64,000 nt of DNA, taken from contig NZ_DATCSO010000101.1 of NCBI RefSeq assembly GCF_036568425.1, positions 29,624 to 93,623 of the forward strand, in the 5' to 3' direction. Of this stretch, positions 27,803 through 35,925 are shown piece after piece. Position numbers and translations under genes: made by a program. How positions within the stretch are numbered: the first letter of the stretch is position 1; every line of letters starts with the position of its first letter. A model generated the notes under the pieces. The model made no database searches and was not told the DNA's origin. It saw only the letters and a program-made list of their open reading frames with translations. The DNA is from Salegentibacter sp. GTDB lineage: Bacteria; Bacteroidota; Bacteroidia; Flavobacteriales; Flavobacteriaceae.

Positions 27803-27831
27803 AGCCGGAAAGACCATCTTTCCGGCTTTTT
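27803..27831 (+). terminator. Rho-independent terminator
   Basis: AGCCGGAAAGA-CCA-TCTTTCCGGCT followed by TTTTT. It abuts the stop of the convergent gene. Confidence 0.8.
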
Positions 27832-27833
27832 GT

Positions 27834-28322
27834 TTATTCGTTTTCAGCATCAGCCGATTTTAGGTCTTGTTCTACGAATTCTCTTTCCCTGACTGAGCCA
27901 CCGGCAACTATAGCCGCCGCGATTATCACGAGATTTTTAATGATGTATTGCCCCTCTGTGGTAAGCACAAAAGGAAATTCTTCAAAACAAATTTCGGGTA
28001 AAACAATCAAAGGCAGAAATGTGCCGGGGATCTGTAAAAACAATAAAATAACGGCTATCCTTAATGTCTTTCGAAAAAGCATTAGTAGCCCTATAAGCAC
28101 CTCCCATATTCCAAGCGCAGGAATAAATATTTCGGGATCAAACCAGAATACCGTTGCGGCAATGAGTTCCTGGGCAGGGCTGTCAAAAAAAATCTTTAGT
28201 GCCCCAAACCATATAAAAACAATAGCGATAGAAAGCCTTAGTAAAGGTTTCCCGTATTTATACATCCATTTGGTTACCTGGTAATCTATCTTTCCTAATT
28301 TCTGTGATTTATCTACTTCCAT
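27834..28322 (-). CDS. Small polytopic membrane protein (DoxX / DUF417-like)
   Basis: 162 aa with 4 predicted TM helices (LRLSIAIVFIWFGALKIF...). Family call is tentative. Confidence 0.5.
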   Translation of the reverse strand: MEVDKSQKLGKIDYQVTKWMYKYGKPLLRLSIAIVFIWFGALKIFFDSPAQELIAATVFWFDPEIFIPALGIWEVLIGLLMLFRKTLRIAVILLFLQIPGTFLPLIVLPEICFEEFPFVLTTEGQYIIKNLVIIAAAIVAGGSVREREFVEQDLKSADAENE

Positions 28323-28714
28323 TTCTTCTTTTTAGCTGAATAACAAGTTGAAAAAATTATTTTAACCTATTGATATTCGGAATTAATTATAAGATTAATT
28401 TAACAAGGCCAAATTTTCCGATGTACACTTTATCTTTGGAATTAGTGAGACTTGAATTCTAATGATTTTATAGAGAAATAAATCAGATGAGAAAAATGAA
28501 TGCAGGGAGATTTGGAATTCAAAATTAAAAACAGGAACCATTAGAAATCATCCATAAAATTCCGGGAGAGTAGGCCGGTCCCCATTAAAAGAAGCGCCAA
28601 AAACCTGAGGTCAAAAATATTTAAAAATCAGCGGAAATCCATATAATAGTTCCGACGGGTTATAGAAAGAAGCAGGAAGATTGGGGTTGAAAGGGTTTTG
28701 GTTTTTAAAAACCT

Positions 28715-31030
28715 TTAATTGTTCTTTTTTCCACCAAACAGCCTTTTAAAGAATCCCTTTTTTTCTTTCTTTTCTTCTTGTTTCTGTGTGCGCTTCTTTT
28801 CTTCCTCGTTCCTATCCTTTTTACCAAAGAGTCGCTTAAAGAAACCATCACGTTTTTCGGGTTCACAATCCAGCATTGCAATTACATCAGCTGAAACCGG
28901 GAAGCGCGCCTGGGTTATCTCTTTAAAATGAGGTTCAGCATTCATTTTTTGCATCAGTTTTCCGAAAACCGGCAGGGCAGAATTCGCGCCCTGGCCTATA
29001 TAGGTATTTCTGAATCCAATACGATGATCGTCGCTACCTACCCAGGTTACGGTAACCAGGTTTGGGGTCATCCCTACAAACCAACCGTCTTTATTGTCTT
29101 GAGTTGTTCCGGTTTTCCCCGCGATGTCGTTTCTTAAACCATACGTGCTCCTAAGCCTGTATGCAGTGCCTTCATTAACCGTAGCTTTCATCATTTCTAC
29201 CATAACCTGTCGGTTGGTTTCTGAAAGAGCAGGAGTGGTGCCGTTTTTTGGTTTAAATTCGGTCAGGAGATTTCCGTTACCATCTTCAATTTTGGTGATA
29301 TAGAAAGGCTCGCTGTACCTACCTCCATTTGCGAAAGGCGTGAAGGCAGTTGTAAGTTCGGCCAGGCTTAGTGAAGCCGTGCCAAGGGCAATTGAAGGCA
29401 CCGATGGGATATCAGACTCGATTCCCATTCTCCTGGCCTGCTTGATAACATTTTCAATCCCGGCCTCCATTAAAACCTTTACGGCAATGGTATTCATAGA
29501 TTTGCTAAGGGCCTCCTTCATATTATAATTCATATGGGGATCGTCCTCAACACTACCGGAGTTAGAGGGTGTCCAACCACCTTTATAAGTTACTTCCCGG
29601 GCAGAGAAGTAGGTGCAGGGTTCTATGCCGTTTTCCAGGGCAGCTGAATATACTATCGGCTTAAAAGTGGAGCCTACCTGGCGTCTACTCTGTGAAACGT
29701 GATCGTATTGGAAATAACGGTAGTCAATCCCTCCAACCCAGGCCTGGACAGCTCCGGTGCTCGGTTCTACTGCCAGCATTCCCGAATTTAGAAACTTCAG
29801 GTAGTGCTCAATACTGTCTTTTACACTAGCAGTTTTGGTAACAGTACCATTGTATTCAAAAAGCTCCATTGGCCGGGTTTTATCCAACTCATCCATAATT
29901 TGATCTTCAGACAAACCTCTGTTCTTAAGGTTTTTATATGGTTTGGAGCTCTTTATGGCATCCTGTAGAATTTTAGGATTCCGTTTCCATGGAGTAGCTT
30001 TACCATAGGATTTTTCATGTTGCTCCTGTAGGGCTGCCATATGTTCCTGCATAGCCTCCTCGGCCAACTGCTGCATTCTGTAATTTAAGGTGGTGTGAAC
30101 AATAAGTCCGTCGCGGTAAATATTATATTTTTTCCCATCTTTATTTTTTAAAGTATCCAGGATCTTGCTTACATCCTTACGAACCTGTTCTCTAAAATAC
30201 GGGGCCAGGCCTTTGTCGTGGCCGTAATTCTTATAATTCAGGACCAAATCTGCAGCCTGGACTTCTCTTTCTCTTTCTTCTGAAATAAAACCATACTTTT
30301 CCATCTGGGAAAGCACTACATTTCGCCTTTCTTTACTGCGCTCAGGGAAGATACGGGGATTGTAATAATGTGAAGCTTTAAGCATTCCCACCAATACTGC
30401 TGATTCTTCAATATTTAATTCTGAAGTATGTTTTCCGAAGAACTTCATCGAGGCACTCTCTATTCCGAAGGTATTATCGCTAAAGGGAACGGTATTGAAA
30501 TAAAGCCTGATAATTTCTTTTTTATTATAAGTTTCTTCCAGTCTTTTTGCAATCACAACCTCCTGGAACTTATTCACAACAATTCCCAGGAAACCATAAT
30601 CTTTTCTGCCGTAGATATTTTTGGCGAGCTGAAGCGTGATGGTGCTTCCACCTCCCGCAGATTCATCCTGGAGTAAAATAGATTTGAAAAACACCCGCAT
30701 AAGGCTTCGGGAATCAATACCACTATGGTTATAAAAACGAACATCTTCAGTGGCGATAAGGGCATCTATTAGATGCTGTGGAAATTCGTTATATTTTACC
30801 GGTTGCCTGTCGTGTATATAAAATTTCCCAATTAATTCACCTTCCGAAGAAAGCACTTGGGTGGCACGGCTTTGTTGAAGTTCACTTAATTCTTTAGAGG
30901 AGGGAAGTTTGCCCCAGGCACCAAAATAGATACTTGCCAAAAACAGGATTCCAAGTGCAAATAAACTCCCTATTATAATTAACCCCAACTTAAGTTTGGG
31001 TGATTTTTTAATCTTTAATAACAATGACAT
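28715..31030 (-). CDS. Bifunctional class A penicillin-binding protein (PBP1A-type glycosyltransferase/transpeptidase)
   Basis: GT51 motif ATEDVRFYNHSGID. Transpeptidase motifs STFKP, SKSMN and KTGTT. N-terminal TM anchor. Confidence 0.92.
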   Translation of the reverse strand: MSLLLKIKKSPKLKLGLIIIGSLFALGILFLASIYFGAWGKLPSSKELSELQQSRATQVLSSEGELIGKFYIHDRQPVKYNEFPQHLIDALIATEDVRFYNHSGIDSRSLMRVFFKSILLQDESAGGGSTITLQLAKNIYGRKDYGFLGIVVNKFQEVVIAKRLEETYNKKEIIRLYFNTVPFSDNTFGIESASMKFFGKHTSELNIEESAVLVGMLKASHYYNPRIFPERSKERRNVVLSQMEKYGFISEEREREVQAADLVLNYKNYGHDKGLAPYFREQVRKDVSKILDTLKNKDGKKYNIYRDGLIVHTTLNYRMQQLAEEAMQEHMAALQEQHEKSYGKATPWKRNPKILQDAIKSSKPYKNLKNRGLSEDQIMDELDKTRPMELFEYNGTVTKTASVKDSIEHYLKFLNSGMLAVEPSTGAVQAWVGGIDYRYFQYDHVSQSRRQVGSTFKPIVYSAALENGIEPCTYFSAREVTYKGGWTPSNSGSVEDDPHMNYNMKEALSKSMNTIAVKVLMEAGIENVIKQARRMGIESDIPSVPSIALGTASLSLAELTTAFTPFANGGRYSEPFYITKIEDGNGNLLTEFKPKNGTTPALSETNRQVMVEMMKATVNEGTAYRLRSTYGLRNDIAGKTGTTQDNKDGWFVGMTPNLVTVTWVGSDDHRIGFRNTYIGQGANSALPVFGKLMQKMNAEPHFKEITQARFPVSADVIAMLDCEPEKRDGFFKRLFGKKDRNEEEKKRTQKQEEKKEKKGFFKRLFGGKKNN

Positions 31031-31115
31031 AGGTTAAATTAACTGCTACAAATTAACGAAGACTTGAAATAAGTAGTTCACTATTTATGCCAACTTTAAG
31101 GTTTATTTTAGGATA

Positions 31116-31151
31116 GTAAAAAAGCCGGTCACAAATTAAATTGTGCCGGCT
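31116..31151 (-). terminator. Rho-independent terminator closing the micro-ORF cassette
   Basis: The minus strand reads AGCCGGCACAA-TTTAAT-TTGTGACCGGCT (one bulged base) followed by TTTTTT. Confidence 0.7.
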
Positions 31152-31182
31152 AATTAAAGGCAAAGTTCATAAGGCTTGGTTT

Positions 31183-31326
31183 TTATGGTTCTATGACAAA
31201 GCTTTTGTGATGCTTCCAGGCTGATGTAAATAGATTGTTTTTAATTACACGGAAATGTTTCCGGCGTTTTAAGAACCCTGCCTTGCGTTGTCCTATTTCC
31301 ATCATCATGTTCTCCAGGGTTTTCAT
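31183..31326 (-). CDS. Micro-ORF C, 47-aa basic peptide (unknown family)
   Basis: MKTLENMMMEIGQRKAGFLKRRKHFRVIKNNLFTSAWKHHKSFVIEP. It is preceded by the same 27-nt spacer type as ORF B. It shares R[RK]A(G)FL[NK] and SxW with ORFs A and B. Confidence 0.45.
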   Translation of the reverse strand: MKTLENMMMEIGQRKAGFLKRRKHFRVIKNNLFTSAWKHHKSFVIEP

Positions 31327-31353
31327 AATCTAAAAATTTAAAGGGTTGAATTA

Positions 31354-31449
31354 TTAACTTAAATAACGTCTTTGGTTGTCCCAGCTGCTACGGCTGTTTG
31401 TTTTCTCGGTGTTTAAAAATGCTCTGCGATTGACTTTTGAAGGTTTCAT
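31354..31449 (-). CDS. Micro-ORF B, 31-aa basic peptide (paralog of A)
   Basis: MKPSKVNRRAFLNTEKTNSRSSWDNQRRYLS. Across codons 8-31 it differs from A in 5 codons, 4 of them synonymous. Confidence 0.6.
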   Translation of the reverse strand: MKPSKVNRRAFLNTEKTNSRSSWDNQRRYLS

Positions 31450-31475
31450 AATTTAAAATTTTAATGGTTATACTA

Positions 31476-31571
31476 TTAACTTAAATAACGCCTTTGGTTG
31501 TCCCAGTTGCTACGGCTATTTGTTTTCTCTGTGTTTAAAAATGCTCTTCTGGTGGTTTTAAAAGTTTTCAT
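31476..31571 (-). CDS. Micro-ORF A, 31-aa basic peptide (unknown family)
   Basis: MKTFKTTRRAFLNTEKTNSRSNWDNQRRYLS. See ORF B for the synonymous-substitution argument. Confidence 0.6.
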   Translation of the reverse strand: MKTFKTTRRAFLNTEKTNSRSNWDNQRRYLS

Positions 31572-31717
31572 CTGTTTAAGTTTTATTGTTTACCTAATAG
31601 ACTTTTTATTTTTTAATTTGTTACAGTACTATGTATAAAATAGTACTAAATTAACATGATATTAACTATTATACTGGTTTTCAGCAGGAAAGGATAGTGA
31701 GGGGGAGTGGTGTTAAA

Positions 31718-31749
31718 TAAAAAATGCGAACCAAAGAGTTCGCATTTTT
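31718..31749. terminator. Bidirectional rho-independent terminator after the dipeptidase gene
   Basis: AAAAAATGCGAAC-CAAAGA-GTTCGCATTTTT, with symmetric A and T runs. Confidence 0.8.
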
Positions 31750-31773
31750 CTATAAGTAATAAAGAATTGTGAT

Positions 31774-33060
31774 TTAACTACTCTGAATATCTTCAGCGAC
31801 AGCTTGTACCTCATCCAAGACTCTAAGCAGATTTTCACCCCATAACTTAGCGATTTCTTCTTCGGTATAGCCTCTTTTAACAAGTTCTGCCGTTACATTA
31901 AGGGTTTCAGAGGCATCCTGCCAGCCATCAATTCCTCCGCCACCATCAAAATCGGAGCTAATGCCTACATGGTCTATACCTATTAGATCTACCATATAAT
32001 CTATATGGTCCACAAAATCACTAACGTCTACCGGTTGTATCTCCTCTTTAAGCTTTGCCACCTCAGCTTCAGCAGCAGTTCTGATCTTTTGAAATTCGGC
32101 ATAATAAATATCTCTGTCTTCCTGGGGCAGGTTTCTAATGCTGTCCCGCTCCAAAATAGAAAAATTCATTTCTTCAGCTTTCTTCTCGTATACTTTGTTT
32201 CTTGCTTCAGAAAAAGCTTTGTGTTTTTCGGTATTTACATATCCACTGAAAGCAACAGTTTGAACAACTCCGCCATGTTCTTTAAACAATAATAATAATT
32301 CGTCATCTAAATTCCTGCTGTGGTCACATAATTCCCTGGCCGAGGAATGAGAAGCTATAAGAGGTGCTTTGGAAAGTTCGAACATTTGTTTAATAGATTC
32401 CTTTGAGGGATGAGAAACGTCTATCATCATTCCGTATTTATTCATTTCAGCGATAACCTCTTTTCCCAGATCGCTTAGTCCGTTGTGAAGCCAAACATCA
32501 TTTTCTTCCCCTGTATTAGAATCGCAAAGCTGGCTGTGACCCTGGTGGGAAAGAGACATATAGCGGGCACCCAAATCATAGAATTTCTTAACGTTGCCAA
32601 TATTTTTACCAATTGGATATCCGTTTTCAACTCCAATCATCGCTACTTTTTTACCTGAGGCATGTATTTTTCTAACCTCATCTGATGTAGTTGCGAGCCC
32701 AACCTTATCAGGAGCGAGTTCATTTACCAGTTTATGGATAGCAATAAATTTTTGCATGGCATTATTATAGGCTGCCTTAAAGCCTTCTTCATTCATATCA
32801 TCCTGGCCGGTATAAACAATAAGCCATGCAACATCCAGGCCGCCGGCTTCCATTTTTGGAAGGTTCACCTGGGTGTCCAGGTTCATGCTGTAGTTGCTTT
32901 CATCGGTAAAATTATTGATGTTGATATCGGCATGGGTATCAATTGTGATAATTTTATCCTGAATTGTTTTGGCTTTATCCAGCGTCTCCTGGTTGTAGTT
33001 TTGAGCTTGTAAACTAAAGGCACCTAACAGCAGTATTAAAGAGGTTTTAAAAATTTTCAT
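31774..33060 (-). CDS. Membrane dipeptidase (peptidase family M19), secreted
   Basis: Signal peptide MKIFKTSLILLLGAFSLQAQ. M19 motifs IDTHADI, HQGHS, IDVSHPS and SSDFDGGGG. Confidence 0.85.
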   Translation of the reverse strand: MKIFKTSLILLLGAFSLQAQNYNQETLDKAKTIQDKIITIDTHADININNFTDESNYSMNLDTQVNLPKMEAGGLDVAWLIVYTGQDDMNEEGFKAAYNNAMQKFIAIHKLVNELAPDKVGLATTSDEVRKIHASGKKVAMIGVENGYPIGKNIGNVKKFYDLGARYMSLSHQGHSQLCDSNTGEENDVWLHNGLSDLGKEVIAEMNKYGMMIDVSHPSKESIKQMFELSKAPLIASHSSARELCDHSRNLDDELLLLFKEHGGVVQTVAFSGYVNTEKHKAFSEARNKVYEKKAEEMNFSILERDSIRNLPQEDRDIYYAEFQKIRTAAEAEVAKLKEEIQPVDVSDFVDHIDYMVDLIGIDHVGISSDFDGGGGIDGWQDASETLNVTAELVKRGYTEEEIAKLWGENLLRVLDEVQAVAEDIQSS

Positions 33061-33222
33061 GATAGCATTTTATTAATAATTGTTGAAAATAGGAATATTT
33101 TTTCAATAGGCATCATATCTACCTTGCTTCATTATGAATAATAAGCATTTATGGGCTTTTTATGTGGGAATTAATTTTTTATAGCCTGTAAATAATTTTG
33201 TTTTTTCATTAAGATTTTCAAC

Positions 33223-33230
33223 TACATTTG
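33223..33230 (+). promoter_or_regulatory. Candidate -7 element TAnnTTTG (TACATTTG) for the ATP-grasp operon
   Basis: Exact match, 20 nt upstream of ATG 33251. A second exact match (TAATTTTG) is at 33193-33200. Confidence 0.4.
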
Positions 33231-33250
33231 GTGTTCTTTTAGTCTAATTA

Positions 33251-34702
33251 ATGGAAAAATTTATTGTAGTTGATCAACCTGAAACCTGGAATTTTGAACT
33301 GAAGAATGTTCAAATAATTTCAGCGCAGGCTTATCTAACCAATCCCGAATATGCCAAAATTAAAAAGGCCCGAATATTTAATCTGTGTAAGGATTATTCT
33401 TATCAATCCCGGGGATATTATGTTTCGCTTTTAGCTGAAGCCCGTGGGCATTTGGCAATTCCTACCGTAACAAATCTAGTGGACCTTCGTGAGCCTAAAC
33501 TTGTGAAAATCGTTTCTGAAGAATTTGATGACCTCATTCAAAAAAGTCTGAAGAATATTAAAAATCAGGAATTCACGCTCAGTATTTACTTTGGTCAAAA
33601 TGTTGCTCAAAAATATCGGGAATTAAGTGCAATGTTTCACCGCCATTTTCAAATACCATTTCTACGGGTGAAATTCAATTACACTACCAAATGGAATATA
33701 AAGAGTATAAAAGCAATTTCTGAAGCTGAAATTCCCACAGAACATAAGGAAAATATGCGGGATTTTGCCGGGCAGTATTTTTCTAAAAAACGATATGATA
33801 CTCCGCGCCCGGCAAATGCCGATTATGACCTGGCAATCCTGGTTAACCCGGAAGATCCTGCGCCCCCAAGCAATACAAAGGCGATCAAGAAATTCATTGA
33901 GGTTGGGGAGAAAATGGGTTTTTATGTTGAAGTGGTATTCCCAAAAGATCTTTCCCGCCTGTCTGCTTTTGATGCATTATTCATAAGGCAAAGTACCGAG
34001 GTCAACAACGATGCCTATGCTTTCGCCCGAAAAGCCCAACAGGAAGAACTCGCAATTATAGATTATCCTGAGGCGATCTTAAAATGCTGTAATAAAGTAT
34101 TTATGGCCGAAGCGCTTCAAAATGCCGGCATTCCTACACCAAAAACGGTGATCGTGCACAAGGAAAATAAAAACACAGTACTTGAAATCACAGGCCTTCC
34201 GGTGGTTTTGAAGTCTCCGGATTCCACTTTTTCTTTCGGTGTAAAAAAAGCAAGCACGAAAAAAGAATACCAGGACATGGTGAATGCAATGCTTAAAAAA
34301 TCTGACCTCGTTATCGCACAGGAGTTTCTCCCTTCAGAATATGACTGGCGTATTGGTGTTTTAGATAATAAGGTGTTTTTTGCCTGTCGCTATTATATGG
34401 CGAAAGACCATTGGCAGATATACAATTGGGACGCTGCCGAGAAGGACAATCAGGACGGGAATGCAGATAGCTTACCTATAGAAGATATTCCGAAAAAAGT
34501 AAAGGAAGCTGCCTTGAAATCGGCTAGAATTATGGGAAAAGGATTATACGGAATAGACGTGAAAGAGATTAATGGCCGGGCTTTGGTTATAGAAATAAAT
34601 GACAACCCGAATATAGATGCCGGAGTGGAAGATGCCCATTATGGCGATCAGGTTTATGTTGAAATTCTGGGTGCTTTGAAAAGCAGACTTGAAAAAAAAT
34701 AA
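33251..34702 (+). CDS. RimK-like ATP-grasp ligase with a long N-terminal (RLAN-type) domain
   Basis: 483 aa. The C-terminal ~280 aa have ATP-grasp features (VVLKSPDSTFSFGV, VIAQEFLPSEYDWRIGVL, GLYGIDVKEINGRALVIEINDNPN). The N-terminal ~200 aa match what I recall as the RimK-like ATP-grasp N-terminal domain. Confidence 0.75.
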   Translation: MEKFIVVDQPETWNFELKNVQIISAQAYLTNPEYAKIKKARIFNLCKDYSYQSRGYYVSLLAEARGHLAIPTVTNLVDLREPKLVKIVSEEFDDLIQKSLKNIKNQEFTLSIYFGQNVAQKYRELSAMFHRHFQIPFLRVKFNYTTKWNIKSIKAISEAEIPTEHKENMRDFAGQYFSKKRYDTPRPANADYDLAILVNPEDPAPPSNTKAIKKFIEVGEKMGFYVEVVFPKDLSRLSAFDALFIRQSTEVNNDAYAFARKAQQEELAIIDYPEAILKCCNKVFMAEALQNAGIPTPKTVIVHKENKNTVLEITGLPVVLKSPDSTFSFGVKKASTKKEYQDMVNAMLKKSDLVIAQEFLPSEYDWRIGVLDNKVFFACRYYMAKDHWQIYNWDAAEKDNQDGNADSLPIEDIPKKVKEAALKSARIMGKGLYGIDVKEINGRALVIEINDNPNIDAGVEDAHYGDQVYVEILGALKSRLEKK

Positions 34703-34704
34703 TC

Positions 34705-35925
34705 ATGAAGTATCATCTTTTTGAAGTTTTTGGCATTGAGTTGGAATATATGCTGGTGCGAAAGCGCAGTCTTAAGGTAAACCCGATCGTAGATCAACTG
34801 CTTACTAAAAAAAACGGGAGTTTGACCGCTGATATTGATAATGGTCAAATTGAATGGAGCAACGAGCTGGTCGCGCATGTGCTGGAATTAAAAACCAATG
34901 GCCCAACGGCAAAGCTGAAAGATCTGGATAAGCTTTTTGCTGAAAATATTCAGGAGATCAATTCCCTGCTCGAAGAGTTTGATACGCTGCTCCTGCCATC
35001 GGCTTCTCACCCGTTAATGCAGCCAGAAAGAGAAACTCAACTGTGGAAACATAGTTATAGCAAGGTCTACGCCCTATACAACCGTATTTTTGATTGTAGT
35101 GGTCACGGGTGGAGCAATGTGCAAAGCATGCATATTAATCTACCATTTTACAATGATGCTGAATTTGAAAGACTACATGCAGCCGTTAGAATCCTGCTAC
35201 CTATTATTCCGGGCTTAAGTGCGAGTTCCCCAATTTTTGAAGGAAAAACAACAGGTTTTAAGGATTCCCGCCTGGAAGTTTATAAAACCAACCAGAAAGA
35301 GATCCCACAAATGACGGGAAAAGTTATTCCGGAGCAGGTGTTCAGTAAAACCGATTATTATCAGCGAATCTTTAAACCTATTAATGCCGCTATAAAACCC
35401 TTCGATACTGAAAATATCCTGGATCATCACTTTCTCAATTCAAGGGGAGCCATTGCACGATTTGACAGAAGTGCCGTTGAAATTCGTGTAATAGATATTC
35501 AGGAGTGCCCGGCGGCCGATATCGCCATAGCAGTTATAATTATTGAAAGCCTGAAATTGCTGATAAGTGGAGAGTGGATCGCTCTGGAAGAACTTAAGAA
35601 ATGGCATGAGGATGATCTTTTCGAAATTTTTAATTCGGTTATTCGGGATGCTGAAGAAACCAAAATTAAGAATGGATATTTTTTAGCGATCTTCGGAATT
35701 AAAGAAGACACCAGTGTTAAGCAAATTTGGAAAAAACTATACGAAAGAGTTCAATCCCAAATTTCAACAAAACATCAGCATACCATTGAATATATATTAA
35801 TGAACGGTAGCCTTTCAACCCGGATTCTCCATAAACTCGAAGGGAATTTTTCAGAAGAAAAGATAAAGAAGGTATATGCTGAGCTTGGAGTATGCCTGGC
35901 TAAGAATCAATTATTTAAAGTGTGA
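34705..35925 (+). CDS. Glutamate-cysteine-ligase family 2 (GCS2) carboxylate-amine ligase
   Basis: The N-terminus FGIELEYMLV is the hallmark beta-strand of GCS2/YbdK-type ligases. 406 aa. Starts 2 nt after the upstream stop. Confidence 0.72.
   Translation: MKYHLFEVFGIELEYMLVRKRSLKVNPIVDQLLTKKNGSLTADIDNGQIEWSNELVAHVLELKTNGPTAKLKDLDKLFAENIQEINSLLEEFDTLLLPSASHPLMQPERETQLWKHSYSKVYALYNRIFDCSGHGWSNVQSMHINLPFYNDAEFERLHAAVRILLPIIPGLSASSPIFEGKTTGFKDSRLEVYKTNQKEIPQMTGKVIPEQVFSKTDYYQRIFKPINAAIKPFDTENILDHHFLNSRGAIARFDRSAVEIRVIDIQECPAADIAIAVIIIESLKLLISGEWIALEELKKWHEDDLFEIFNSVIRDAEETKIKNGYFLAIFGIKEDTSVKQIWKKLYERVQSQISTKHQHTIEYILMNGSLSTRILHKLEGNFSEEKIKKVYAELGVCLAKNQLFKV

Larger units (their letters stand above)
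31327..31571. repeat. Tandem duplication, two units of ~122-123 bp (each = micro-ORF plus 26-27-nt spacer)
   Basis: Unit 1 is 31450-31571 and unit 2 is 31327-31449. They align base-for-base over most of their length by eye. Confidence 0.85.

Noticed and set aside
31327-31571. CRISPR array or non-coding REP-type repeat as the explanation of the ~122-bp tandem repeat
   Set aside because: There are only two units with no spacer/repeat alternation, and each unit is a complete ORF. Differences between the units are concentrated at synonymous positions, which fits coding duplication.
31476-31571. Twin-arginine (Tat) signal peptide in micro-ORFs A and B because of T/N-R-R-A-F-L
   Set aside because: No hydrophobic h-region or cleavage site follows. 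The peptides end 20 residues later and are hydrophilic throughout.
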